Source: a virus
Taxonomy: Duplodnaviria > Caudoviricetes
Length of the DNA: 48,484 nt
Direction: 5' to 3' (one strand)
IMG/VR virus record: IMGVR_UViG_3300037515_000269
Location: 1 to 48,484 of that record
Shown: one piece after another, positions 35,428 through 43,946 of the stretch
Position numbering within the stretch: the first letter of the stretch is position 1
Layout: each line of letters begins with the position of its first letter
Notes under the pieces: generated by a model
Databases searched by the model: none
The model's input: the letters and a program-made list of their open reading frames with translations, nothing else
Told to the model about the DNA's origin: nothing
Program-made: the position numbers and the translations under genes

Positions 35428-35886
35428 ATGACGACCCCGACCACCACAGAACAGCCGACCCTTCGCGAGCAGGTCGCGCGCGTGGCGGATCTCCGCGAGG
35501 GCCTGGCCGTACGGCGCGCCCTGTGGGACGCCGCGCGGAAGGCGTTCGACGAAGAGCATGCGGAACTTCTCGCCGAGATCGGCGAGCGCAACCAGCACTT
35601 GGTGGACGCGGAGTTCGATCTCCGGGCGTCCGCCCTCACCGTGTTCAGCGCCACCGAGGACAAGCACCCGACCCCGGGCGTCTCCATCCGGGTGACGACC
35701 CGCGTCGTGTATGACCGCGACGAGGCCCTCGCCTGGGCCAAGGCCAAGGGAGTCGCGCTCACGCTGGACGCGAAAGCCTTCGAGGGCCTAGCCAAACACG
35801 ATCGGGACCTGCCGGCGTCCGTGGTCGAGGACCCCCAGGCGACGATCGCCAAGGACCTCCGGGCCGCGCTGCGGGAGGCATCATGA
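35428..35886 (+). CDS. Gam/gp157-like protein
   Basis: Coiled coil then GVSIR...YD..ALAWA...LD.KAFE; first gene of recombination module. Confidence 0.5.
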   Translation: MTTPTTTEQPTLREQVARVADLREGLAVRRALWDAARKAFDEEHAELLAEIGERNQHLVDAEFDLRASALTVFSATEDKHPTPGVSIRVTTRVVYDRDEALAWAKAKGVALTLDAKAFEGLAKHDRDLPASVVEDPQATIAKDLRAALREAS

Positions 35887-36767
35887 CGCCGCCGCGCGCG
35901 CTTGTCTCCACCAGGGACGACCTGCCCCCGGTCGGCATGGTACGGACGGAGGATGGGGAGCTGGTCCCGCGCGGCGAGGACCTGATGGCCGCGGCCCTCG
36001 AACGGGAGCCGGATCTCGAGCGCCAGCTCCAGGTGTGGCAACGGAACCGGACGACCGTGGTCCGCTTCACGCAGCAGTACCTCACGGAATCCGAGTACGA
36101 CAACAAGGGCTACCCGGTCCCTGGCAAGGTCGGGGACTACTACAAGGTGCCCGGCGCGCCGACGAAGGCGCTGACGAAGCGGGGCGGGGAGAAGGTCGCG
36201 CAGCTCCTGCGGTTCGCGAAGGGCGCGACCAAGGTGGTGAACATGACGGAGACGGCCGAGTACGTCTCGGCCACCGTCGAGGTCACGCTCACCGACCAGT
36301 ACCGCCGGCCCGTGGGGTCCGCGGTGTCGTCCTGCTCGACCGCGGAGCCGGGCTTCCGGTCGCCGATGGCGCGGAAGAAGTACGGCGCCCGCTCGAAGCG
36401 GGACGGCGACCAGTGGGTCGAGACGGCGCCGCCGGACTACCGCGCCGCGGTCAACGACATCGTCGCCCGGGCCGGCAAGCGCGCGTTCGTCCAGGCGGTG
36501 ATCGTGGCCGGCGCGCTGGACGAGATCTTCACCGCGGCCGAGGACACGGAAGAAGCGCCGACCCCGACCGCGCCGGCCACCACCCGCGGCGACCTCCTGA
36601 CCCACCTCCCCTTCAAGAAGGACCAACGCGCGATCGCCGATCTGGACGACGCCGAGTTGGTGAAGGTGGTGGACTGGTGCCGGGACAAGGGGAAATACCC
36701 GGACCTCATCGAGGCCGTGGCCTTGGAGCAAGAGCGCCGGCGCCAGGGCGAGGACGAGCCGGCGTGA
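35883..36767 (+). CDS. Putative single-strand annealing/recombination protein
   Basis: DYYKVPG..K.L.K.G.EK, SCS..E, KRAFV.A...IFT pattern and position; family uncertain. Confidence 0.45.
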   Translation: MTPPRALVSTRDDLPPVGMVRTEDGELVPRGEDLMAAALEREPDLERQLQVWQRNRTTVVRFTQQYLTESEYDNKGYPVPGKVGDYYKVPGAPTKALTKRGGEKVAQLLRFAKGATKVVNMTETAEYVSATVEVTLTDQYRRPVGSAVSSCSTAEPGFRSPMARKKYGARSKRDGDQWVETAPPDYRAAVNDIVARAGKRAFVQAVIVAGALDEIFTAAEDTEEAPTPTAPATTRGDLLTHLPFKKDQRAIADLDDAELVKVVDWCRDKGKYPDLIEAVALEQERRRQGEDEPA

Positions 36768-36955
36768 CCCCCCACCCGAAGCGTCGCCCGTCGTTCGTCC
36801 CCGAGGCCATCTGGGACCAGTGCCGCGAGACGATGTGCATCTGCTACGAGCACCAGTGGTGGGGACTGGCCTGCTGGTGCCCGGACTGCCGGCCGCGCTC
36901 CGCTCCGGTGCCGCTCATGCACGCGGCTGATCCCTATGCCCAGGAGTCCACCTGA
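36764..36955 (+). CDS. Small Cys-rich protein
   Basis: GTGA-coupled; CIC...CWCPDC. Confidence 0.45.
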   Translation: MTPHPKRRPSFVPEAIWDQCRETMCICYEHQWWGLACWCPDCRPRSAPVPLMHAADPYAQEST

Positions 36956-37293
36956 TGGCGAAGAGCGACGGAATCTACGACGGGTTGGGGCACGTGAATC
37001 CCGCCCGCTCGAGCGCGCAGATGGCGGCCGAGCGGGAGCCGCTGCTGTGCGGTCCGGTGCCCCACTGCACGGTCCCGGATTGCCTCCGCGACGTGCGGGC
37101 GGACGGCCTCTGCATCGAGTGCTTGGAGGTCCGGGAGATCAGCCGGCCGTACGGGGCGGAGTACCGGGACCTCCGGCTCGCGGAGGACTGTGTCTGCCTA
37201 GTGCACAAGACCACGGGCGAGGTGAAGGTGCCCTGCGCGGCCCACGCGCCCGATGCGCTCGTGGAGCCCGTAAGTACGCGAAAGGACGTGTGA
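36955..37293 (+). CDS. Cys-rich hypothetical protein
   Basis: TGATG-coupled; CTVPDC...GLCIEC. Confidence 0.55.
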   Translation: MAKSDGIYDGLGHVNPARSSAQMAAEREPLLCGPVPHCTVPDCLRDVRADGLCIECLEVREISRPYGAEYRDLRLAEDCVCLVHKTTGEVKVPCAAHAPDALVEPVSTRKDV

Positions 37294-38009
37294 TGACCAC
37301 GGAATTGGTGACCGAGGCCGCGGTAGTGACGGTCCCGGCGCGCGCGGCTGCGGTTGGGTGGCTGAACGTCTTTCTCGTCAGTTCCCAAGACGAGAATCGC
37401 CCGGCCCTCTATCGGACCCTCTCACTCGAAGCGTTCACAACCGGCCTACAACTGATCGGCTGCGACGGGACCGCGATCTTCCGGACCTGGGTTCCGGGGA
37501 CCGAGACCCCGGACGCGAAGTGGCCCGACATGGCCGAGGCGCCGGTGCGGTCCCTCGTAGTGATGGACCCTGACGGCTTCGGCCTCTCATTCATCCGCTC
37601 CCTGTTGCGGGTGACGGCCGACGACGCGCGAGTCCATGAACCCCTGACCCTGACGACGGCCATTGCGGACGACGGAGCGGCTCCCGCGTTGGGCGCCGCC
37701 TTCCAAAGCGAGCGCCTCGTGCTCCGCTCCTGTGGGCAACGGACCGACCTCCGGTTGTTCGAGGACACCTACCCCGACTGGCGGCGGGTGCGGCTCGGCA
37801 TGGAGGCGATTGAGCGCATGGACCGCCTCACGATCGCGACCCGGATCTTCGGGCTCGTGGGCAAACTCCGCGGCGTGGACGCTGTGGACGTCGAGTTCTA
37901 CGGCGAGAAGAAACACGTCGCGTTCGTCGCGCGCGCGCGCGGCGGGACGACCGAAGTCCGCGGGCTACTCATGCCCATGCGGCGCCCCGAAAAGCCAGTG
38001 GAGGAGTGA
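37293..38009 (+). CDS. DNA polymerase III beta-clamp-like protein (short)
   Basis: SQDENRPAL, GCDG (ATDG-like), YPDWRRV, GLLMPMR; 238 aa. Confidence 0.65.
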   Translation: MTTELVTEAAVVTVPARAAAVGWLNVFLVSSQDENRPALYRTLSLEAFTTGLQLIGCDGTAIFRTWVPGTETPDAKWPDMAEAPVRSLVVMDPDGFGLSFIRSLLRVTADDARVHEPLTLTTAIADDGAAPALGAAFQSERLVLRSCGQRTDLRLFEDTYPDWRRVRLGMEAIERMDRLTIATRIFGLVGKLRGVDAVDVEFYGEKKHVAFVARARGGTTEVRGLLMPMRRPEKPVEE

Positions 38010-39616
38010 TGACGGCACGCCCGAAGACGAAGGCCGCCCCGGTGTCCGCCGGCGGCATGTGGGATCCCCTGCCAGTGTCAGATCCGGCCGCTCCAGAGAG
38101 CGCGCCGGCCCTTCCCGCGGAGCGCCTCGAGCGCATCCCGATCGACCAGGTCCACGAGTCGCCCCTGAACCCGCGCCGGCACTACGACCAGGGCTCGCTC
38201 GAGCAGCTTATGGACTCCCTGCTCCAGACCGGCCAGCTCACGCCGGTCGTGGTGCGGCCGCGGCGGGAAGGCGGCTACGAGCTCGGCGCCGGGCATCGTC
38301 GCCGGCGCGCGGTGCTCCTGGCCTGCGAGCGGCATCCGGAGGGCGCCGCGTACCGCCACCTCGGGGAGCTCCTGGCCATCGTGCGCGATCTCGATGACCG
38401 GGCGCTCATCGAGACCCTAAATGTCGAGAACTTGCAACGTGACGATCTGCACCCGCTCGAGGAGGCTGAGGGGTTCCGGACCCTGATGGAGCGGGCCGGC
38501 TACGACGTGGCGAAGATCGCGGCGCGGATCGGCCGGTCCACCCGCTACGTCTATGACAGCCTGACGCTGCTCAAGCTGGTCCCCGCCGCGAAGAAGCTGT
38601 TCCTCGCCGGGGCGTTCGAGCGGGGGCACGCCATCGAGTTGGCCCGGCTGGCGCCCACCGATCAACAGCGCGCGCTCGACAGCGACCGCGCCGGCGCCTT
38701 CCACCTGGGCGGCCTCTTCGTGCCCGAGCTGGTGGACGAGGGCGGGCTCGACTTCGGCACCGAGGACGCGCCGCGGAAGCCGGTGACGGTCCGCGAGTTC
38801 AAGCACTGGGTGGACGACCAGGTGCGCTTCAAGCCGGCCGCGGCGGATCCGGTGCTATTCCCGGAGACCGTGCAGGCGGTGGCCACCGCGGCGGCCGCGA
38901 AGGAGAAGGTCATCGAGATCACATACGACCACGTGATCCCGGACGCCGCGCGACTGGACGGGGCGCCGCGCGTCTACGGCGCGCAGGCGTGGCGCTCGGC
39001 CACGAAGGGCATCCCGAGCCCCGATCACCAGGGCAAGGACGGGAAGTCCTGCGACTACGCGATCACCGGCGTCGTGGTGATCGGCGAGCGCCGGGGTGAA
39101 GCCTTCAAGGTCTGTATTGCCAAGGAGAAGTGCACGGTCCACTGGGCGGACTGGCAGAAGGAACGCCGCCAGCGTCAGTCAGGGACGGTGCCGGCGACGC
39201 GGAGCACCGGAGGTGGTGCCGACGATTCGTACGCGCGCCAGCGCGCGAAGGAGGAAGCTGAGCGGCAGCGGTACGGGAAGGCCGCCAAGCGGATTCAGGC
39301 CGCGATCGAGCAGCGGATTGCCGCCCTGGAGGTGACGCCGACGGGCCCGATCGTGCAGCGCGTTGTCCGGGCCGTGGCCGGGTACGGTCGGAAGCTGGTG
39401 ATCGGCAAGACCCTCGAGGACCTGGTCCGGGGAATGGCCCGTGAACTGGTACGGCGCGATCTCAAGCACACATGGAGCGCCGCGCAGGAGTGGCCGAAGC
39501 TCGGCAAGGCCTTCGGCGTCGATGTCGGGAAGATCGTGGACGAGGTCAGCCCGCCCGAGAAGCCCACCGCGAAGGGCCGGCCGGTCAAGAAGGCGGCGAA
39601 GGGGACGCAGGCATGA
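38009..39616 (+). CDS. ParB/RepB/Spo0J family protein
   Basis: SPLNPRR, GQLTPVVVR, AGHRRRRA, ENLQRDDLHPLEEAEGF, HTH IAARIGRS. Confidence 0.9.
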   Translation: MTARPKTKAAPVSAGGMWDPLPVSDPAAPESAPALPAERLERIPIDQVHESPLNPRRHYDQGSLEQLMDSLLQTGQLTPVVVRPRREGGYELGAGHRRRRAVLLACERHPEGAAYRHLGELLAIVRDLDDRALIETLNVENLQRDDLHPLEEAEGFRTLMERAGYDVAKIAARIGRSTRYVYDSLTLLKLVPAAKKLFLAGAFERGHAIELARLAPTDQQRALDSDRAGAFHLGGLFVPELVDEGGLDFGTEDAPRKPVTVREFKHWVDDQVRFKPAAADPVLFPETVQAVATAAAAKEKVIEITYDHVIPDAARLDGAPRVYGAQAWRSATKGIPSPDHQGKDGKSCDYAITGVVVIGERRGEAFKVCIAKEKCTVHWADWQKERRQRQSGTVPATRSTGGGADDSYARQRAKEEAERQRYGKAAKRIQAAIEQRIAALEVTPTGPIVQRVVRAVAGYGRKLVIGKTLEDLVRGMARELVRRDLKHTWSAAQEWPKLGKAFGVDVGKIVDEVSPPEKPTAKGRPVKKAAKGTQA

Positions 39617-40098
39617 TCGCCCCCGACGTCGTGCAGCAGCTCGAGGCGGCACGCTTCCGGGCGGCGGACGAACTGGCCCGGCTCGACAAGGCGCTGGCGG
39701 CACTTCGAGAGCCACCGACCGGTCCCGTCGTGGTCACGGGCCCCATCGTGATCACGCGCGGGCGCCCGGTGAAGAAGGCGGCCTCCACCCACAGCAAGCA
39801 GCACACAACCCGGCTTCACCCTTTCACCCCAAAGGTGAAACCGGTGGACGGGAAGCGTACCGGCCGGGCGCCGACCTGGGACGTCGTGAAGGCGGAGCAG
39901 CTCTGGAAGAACGGCGTCGCGGCCCAGGAGATCGCGGACCGTACAGGGGCGACCGGCGCGCAGACGATCTACGAGCGGGCGGCCCGCTGTAAGTGGGGCA
40001 AGCGCCAGAAGGCCGCGAGCGCCACGAAGAAGTGCCGGGCCTGCGGCTCCACGGTGACGCCCGGGCAGGCGTGCCCGGCGTGCGGCGTCCCCGCGTGA
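39613..40098 (+). CDS. HTH plus zinc-ribbon protein
   Basis: W...LWKNGVAAQEIADRTG; CRACG...CPACG. Confidence 0.6.
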   Translation: MIAPDVVQQLEAARFRAADELARLDKALAALREPPTGPVVVTGPIVITRGRPVKKAASTHSKQHTTRLHPFTPKVKPVDGKRTGRAPTWDVVKAEQLWKNGVAAQEIADRTGATGAQTIYERAARCKWGKRQKAASATKKCRACGSTVTPGQACPACGVPA

Positions 40099-40196
40099 CG
40101 GCCGTCGAGTGGCTCCGGATCGGCGCCGTCGTGGTGGCCGTGATCTTCCTGGTGGTGACGTTCTGGAACACGCCGCCGCGAGACCGGTGGACGTGA
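40095..40196 (+). CDS. Small membrane peptide
   Basis: GTGA-coupled single TM. Confidence 0.45.
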   Translation: MTAVEWLRIGAVVVAVIFLVVTFWNTPPRDRWT

Positions 40197-40393
40197 GCGC
40201 CGCGTGGCGGTTCCGGGTCGAGGTCTGCGACTGCGGGGGCCAGTGGCGCTGCGTGCACCGCTACGTGTCCTGGGGCGCCGCGTGCCGCGCGTTCTCCTTG
40301 GCGCTCGCGTGTGGGCAGCGGGGCGTGCGGATCGTGGATCGGGACGGCCGACAGATCGAGGCGTGGTGGCCGGGACGGGAGCGCGCGGCATGA
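40193..40393 (+). CDS. Hypothetical protein
   Basis: Coupled at both ends. Confidence 0.5.
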   Translation: MSAAWRFRVEVCDCGGQWRCVHRYVSWGAACRAFSLALACGQRGVRIVDRDGRQIEAWWPGRERAA

Positions 40394-40626
40394 CGCCCCC
40401 GACCGTCGCCATCGCCCGCCTCGATGCCGTGCTACGCGCGCAGTACCCCTATGTCCTGCCGGCGCGGCGCCGGGCCATCCTCCGGCATGTCTTCGGGAAG
40501 CACGGTGTGGTGATGGTCGCGCACCTGATCACGCGGATACAGGAGAAGCCGATCCGGTGGACGGCGGCGCAGGCGCAGGGCTTGGGGAAGGCGCTCAAGG
40601 ATGCCCCGCCGCCGAGGGCCGCATGA
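40390..40626 (+). CDS. Hypothetical protein, paralog A
   Basis: Strong similarity to 42295-42504. Confidence 0.7.
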   Translation: MTPPTVAIARLDAVLRAQYPYVLPARRRAILRHVFGKHGVVMVAHLITRIQEKPIRWTAAQAQGLGKALKDAPPPRAA

Positions 40627-41135
40627 CGACGATGGTCGCGACACGGGAGCACCCGATCCTGATGCACGCCCGGTCGGTGCGCGGCATCATCGAGGGCCGC
40701 AAGACGCAGACGCGGCGGGTCGTCAAGTTGACGGCCGCTGGCCATGTGAAGGAGCCAGGTGGGCATCGGCGGTGGCATCCCGGAGACCCGGACGCCGTGC
40801 TGGCCTGTCCCTACGGCCAGCCGGGCGACCGTCTGTGGGTGCGGGAGACGTTCATGGTCGAGACGAACCGCGGCATCGGCGTCGCCTATCCGCCGCCGTT
40901 CACTGATGGGCGGCCCGTGATGTGGTGCGAGGACGTGGAGTACGGTCGCTTCTGGAAGCAGGCGTACTACAAGGCGAGCGACCCGATGCCCGACCTTGTG
41001 GGCGTAGACGATCAGCGATGCTCATGGAGGCCCTCGATCCACATGCCTCGCTGGGCCTCGCGGCTCATGTTGGCCGTGACGGCGGTGTGGTTCGGTGTCA
41101 CGCTGTGGCGCACGTGGCGGGAGAAACAGGGATGA
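40623..41135 (+). CDS. ASCH/PUA-like phage protein, apparently C-terminally truncated
   Basis: GRKTQTRR, CPYGQPGDRLWVRETF, WRPSIHMPRWASR. Confidence 0.75.
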   Translation: MTTMVATREHPILMHARSVRGIIEGRKTQTRRVVKLTAAGHVKEPGGHRRWHPGDPDAVLACPYGQPGDRLWVRETFMVETNRGIGVAYPPPFTDGRPVMWCEDVEYGRFWKQAYYKASDPMPDLVGVDDQRCSWRPSIHMPRWASRLMLAVTAVWFGVTLWRTWREKQG

Positions 41136-42298
41136 CGGCCCGGCTCTACTGCGGGGATGCGCTGGACGTGCTGCGGGCGCTGCCCGATGGCGCGGCGCGG
41201 TGTTGTGTGACGAGCCCGCCCTATTGGGGGCTGAGGGATTACGGGGTGCCCGGCCAACTCGGGTTGGAGCGCACCCCGGAGGAGTACGTGGCCCGGCTGG
41301 TCGAGGTGTTCCGCGAGGTGCGGCGGGTGCTGACGGATGACGGGACCGTTTTTCTTAACCTCGGTGACTCGTACAACAGCGTTGGGCACAAGAAGTCGGG
41401 TTCGGGCTACGGCACGACTGGACTTGCAGGTGGAATCGCGCAGGAACATACGCCGCTTCGTCGCGAGAACTCTGCGCCCGGTCTCAAACACAAAGACCTC
41501 GTGGGCATCCCCTGGATGGTGGCCTTCGCGCTCCGGGCCGATGGCTGGTACCTGCGGTCCGACATCATCTGGGCGAAACCGAACCCGATGCCGGAGAGCG
41601 TGACCGACCGGCCCACGAAGGCCCATGAGTACGTGTTTCTGCTCTCGAAGGGGTCGCGGTACTTCTACGACGCGGCGGCGATTGCGGAGCCGTCCATCTG
41701 GTTTGGCCAAGATCCCCGGAGCGGCCAGGGCAATATTAGGTACTCGGGTGGGAAGCGCGATGGGGCCTCCGGTAACGGACAGGAAGCCTTCGCTACAATC
41801 GCCCCAACCCGCAACGCCCGCACTGTTTGGGAGATTGCCACGCAGTCGTATCCCGGCGCCCACTTCGCCACGTTCCCCGAAGAACTGGCCCGGCGCTGCA
41901 TCGTGGCAGGAACGAGCGCGAAGGGTCATTGCCCGGAGTGTGGTGCCCCGTGGGTACGGACGACGGAGCGCGTTGACCAAGGATACGACGGCTCCCGCTA
42001 CGGCGAGCGGGTCGTTGAGGCATCTGGCGGAGCGAAAACCGGCGGCACAGCACGCTCGACGCTCGGCAGTACCAACGGCCGGCTGGTAGGCCAGAGCATC
42101 ACGGTCGGATGGGCGCCGACTTGCGAACATGGGCAAGCGCCTGAGCCCGATGTCGTACTCGACCCGTTCGGCGGCTCGGGAACGGTCGCACAGGTCGCCA
42201 CGGGGAACGGCCGCAGCGCGATCCACATTGACCTGAATCCCACCTACATCGAGCTGGCCCGTGACCGGATCGGCCCGATGCTGTGCGAGGTCGCGTGA
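41132..42298 (+). CDS. DNA methyltransferase, N4C/N6A beta class (MTase 2)
   Basis: VTSPPYWGLRDY, LNLGDSY, IIWAKPNPMPES, HFATFP, LDPFGGSGT. Confidence 0.92.
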   Translation: MTARLYCGDALDVLRALPDGAARCCVTSPPYWGLRDYGVPGQLGLERTPEEYVARLVEVFREVRRVLTDDGTVFLNLGDSYNSVGHKKSGSGYGTTGLAGGIAQEHTPLRRENSAPGLKHKDLVGIPWMVAFALRADGWYLRSDIIWAKPNPMPESVTDRPTKAHEYVFLLSKGSRYFYDAAAIAEPSIWFGQDPRSGQGNIRYSGGKRDGASGNGQEAFATIAPTRNARTVWEIATQSYPGAHFATFPEELARRCIVAGTSAKGHCPECGAPWVRTTERVDQGYDGSRYGERVVEASGGAKTGGTARSTLGSTNGRLVGQSITVGWAPTCEHGQAPEPDVVLDPFGGSGTVAQVATGNGRSAIHIDLNPTYIELARDRIGPMLCEVA

Positions 42299-42504
42299 CG
42301 CCCCCGACCGTGGCGATGGCCCGGCTCGACGCCGTGCTGCGCGACCGCTATCACGTCCTGCCGGCGCGGCGTCGGGCCATCCTCCGGCACGTCTTCGGGA
42401 CGCGGGGGCTCGTGCTCCTGCCCCACGTGGTGGCCCGGATGCAGGAGGAGCCCATCGGGTGGACGGAGGCGCAGGCGCAGGGCTTGGGGAAGGCGCTCGT
42501 ATGA
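42295..42504 (+). CDS. Hypothetical protein, paralog B
   Basis: Strong similarity to 40390-40626. Confidence 0.7.
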   Translation: MTPPTVAMARLDAVLRDRYHVLPARRRAILRHVFGTRGLVLLPHVVARMQEEPIGWTEAQAQGLGKALV

Positions 42505-42719
42505 CGTGTCCCCGGCCGTGGCAGATCGGCCCCCGGTTCGGGAATTGGGGCACCCAGGTCATGGATGCGCACGGCGATCTCGTCTGCATCGTGGTCACGC
42601 ACGAACGAGTGAAGGCCGACAATAGCCCTGCCGCGTGGGTGGCGACCGCGGACGGCGCGGCCACCCTGGCCGCTGTCGTGGAGGCGCTCACGGATGCCCC
42701 GTCGCCGAGGGCCGCATGA
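42501..42719 (+). CDS. Hypothetical protein
   Basis: Coupled; ends with the DAP.PRAA tail of paralog A. Confidence 0.55.
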   Translation: MTCPRPWQIGPRFGNWGTQVMDAHGDLVCIVVTHERVKADNSPAAWVATADGAATLAAVVEALTDAPSPRAA

Positions 42720-42991
42720 GCCGGCTCGCCCGCTGCCGCTCCTGCGACAGTCCGATCGTTTGGGCGATCACGGCGAACGACAAGCGGATGCCGGTCGACG
42801 TGGATCCCGTCGAGGTCCGCAATGGCTTCCAGCTCGTGGATCCCGACGGCGCGATCGTCGAGTTCGACGGGCTCGAAGAAGTCGCGGACGACGAGGACCT
42901 GCGCGCGGTCTACGTGAAGGCCGCGCCGGGGCAGCGGCTCTACACCTCCCACTTTGCAACCTGTCCGAAGGCGGCGCAGTGGCGACGGTAA
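42716..42991 (+). CDS. Phage zinc-binding protein
   Basis: CRSCDSPIVW...MPVD...SHFATCP. Confidence 0.7.
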   Translation: MSRLARCRSCDSPIVWAITANDKRMPVDVDPVEVRNGFQLVDPDGAIVEFDGLEEVADDEDLRAVYVKAAPGQRLYTSHFATCPKAAQWRR

Positions 42992-43296
42992 CCCAGCCCT
43001 CCCTGTTCGACCCGCCGCCGCGGAAGAAGGTGAGCCCAGGTGAGAAGTGGGCCCGTTGGATCGCGACGGAGCGCGGCGTCGAACTCTACCGGGAGATCGA
43101 GCGACGAGTGCTCGCCTGCGCGAACAGCGGCGACTACCGCATCGAGGTGAACCGCATCGTCGCGGATGTCCGCCGGGGGCCGCCGCCGGAGGGCATCGAC
43201 AACTCCATCCGGTCCTACATCAGCCGGGAGCTGATCGCAGGCCATCCGTTCCTAGCCGAGAAGATCGAAGTGCGGCCGCTGAAGGGGGAGGGATAG
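42979..43296 (+). CDS. Hypothetical phage protein
   Basis: QPSLFD; IDNS.RSYISR pattern; start uncertain. Confidence 0.55.
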   Translation: MATVTQPSLFDPPPRKKVSPGEKWARWIATERGVELYREIERRVLACANSGDYRIEVNRIVADVRRGPPPEGIDNSIRSYISRELIAGHPFLAEKIEVRPLKGEG

Positions 43297-43301
43297 CGAG
43301 G

Positions 43302-43946
43302 GTGTGGATCCGGGTGGACGACGACGTGATTGACCATCGGAAGATTGACCACCTGGCCGAGCTGCTCGGCTGCGATCGTACGACAGCGGTCGGGCTCATG
43401 GTCGGGGTGTGGGGCTACGCCAAGCGGTATCACCCGACCGGGGATCTGACGGACGTCCGGCTGGCCCACCTCCACCGGAAGCTCGGGTGGACGACTGCCG
43501 GGGTGGGTGGGACACTGTCCCACTCCGGTCCCGTGGGTGTCCCACTTCTGTCCCTGGGACCCATCCGCGAAGACGTCCGCGCGGTACTACTCGACGCCGG
43601 CTGGATGGATCGCCTGGAGGATGGCCGGCTGGTGTTGCACGACTGGGACGAGCGCAATGGTCCCGAGGCGGAACGGCGGCGTAAAGCACGGGATCGCAAG
43701 GCGTTCTGGCGCGCACAACAGGCCGCGACTGCGGCTGGAACCACGTCCCCCTCCGGTCCCAGTTCTGTCCCGCAACGTGTCCCGCGAAAACGGGGACAGA
43801 AACGGGACTGTCCCACGGACGTAACGAAACGGGTACGTAGTACCCCCTACCCCCACGATGCTCACGCATCCACAACCCCCACCGGGGTGGGCCTTGCTGT
43901 GCCATCCCGGGTGGAGGCCCTTCGGGACCAGGTGGCCAACGGATGA
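43302..43946 (+). CDS. Replication initiator/replisome organizer-like protein
   Basis: WIRVDD...HRK...G....W, LHDWDE.N, R..ARDRK; internal iterons; precedes DnaB. Confidence 0.7.
   Translation: MWIRVDDDVIDHRKIDHLAELLGCDRTTAVGLMVGVWGYAKRYHPTGDLTDVRLAHLHRKLGWTTAGVGGTLSHSGPVGVPLLSLGPIREDVRAVLLDAGWMDRLEDGRLVLHDWDERNGPEAERRRKARDRKAFWRAQQAATAAGTTSPSGPSSVPQRVPRKRGQKRDCPTDVTKRVRSTPYPHDAHASTTPTGVGLAVPSRVEALRDQVANG
43507..43814. repeat. Iteron-like GTCCC/GGGAC arrays (putative replication origin)
   Basis: GTCCC at 43517/43528/43539/43550 and 43745/43756/43767/43779; palindromes at 43507-43523 and 43804-43814. Confidence 0.65.
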
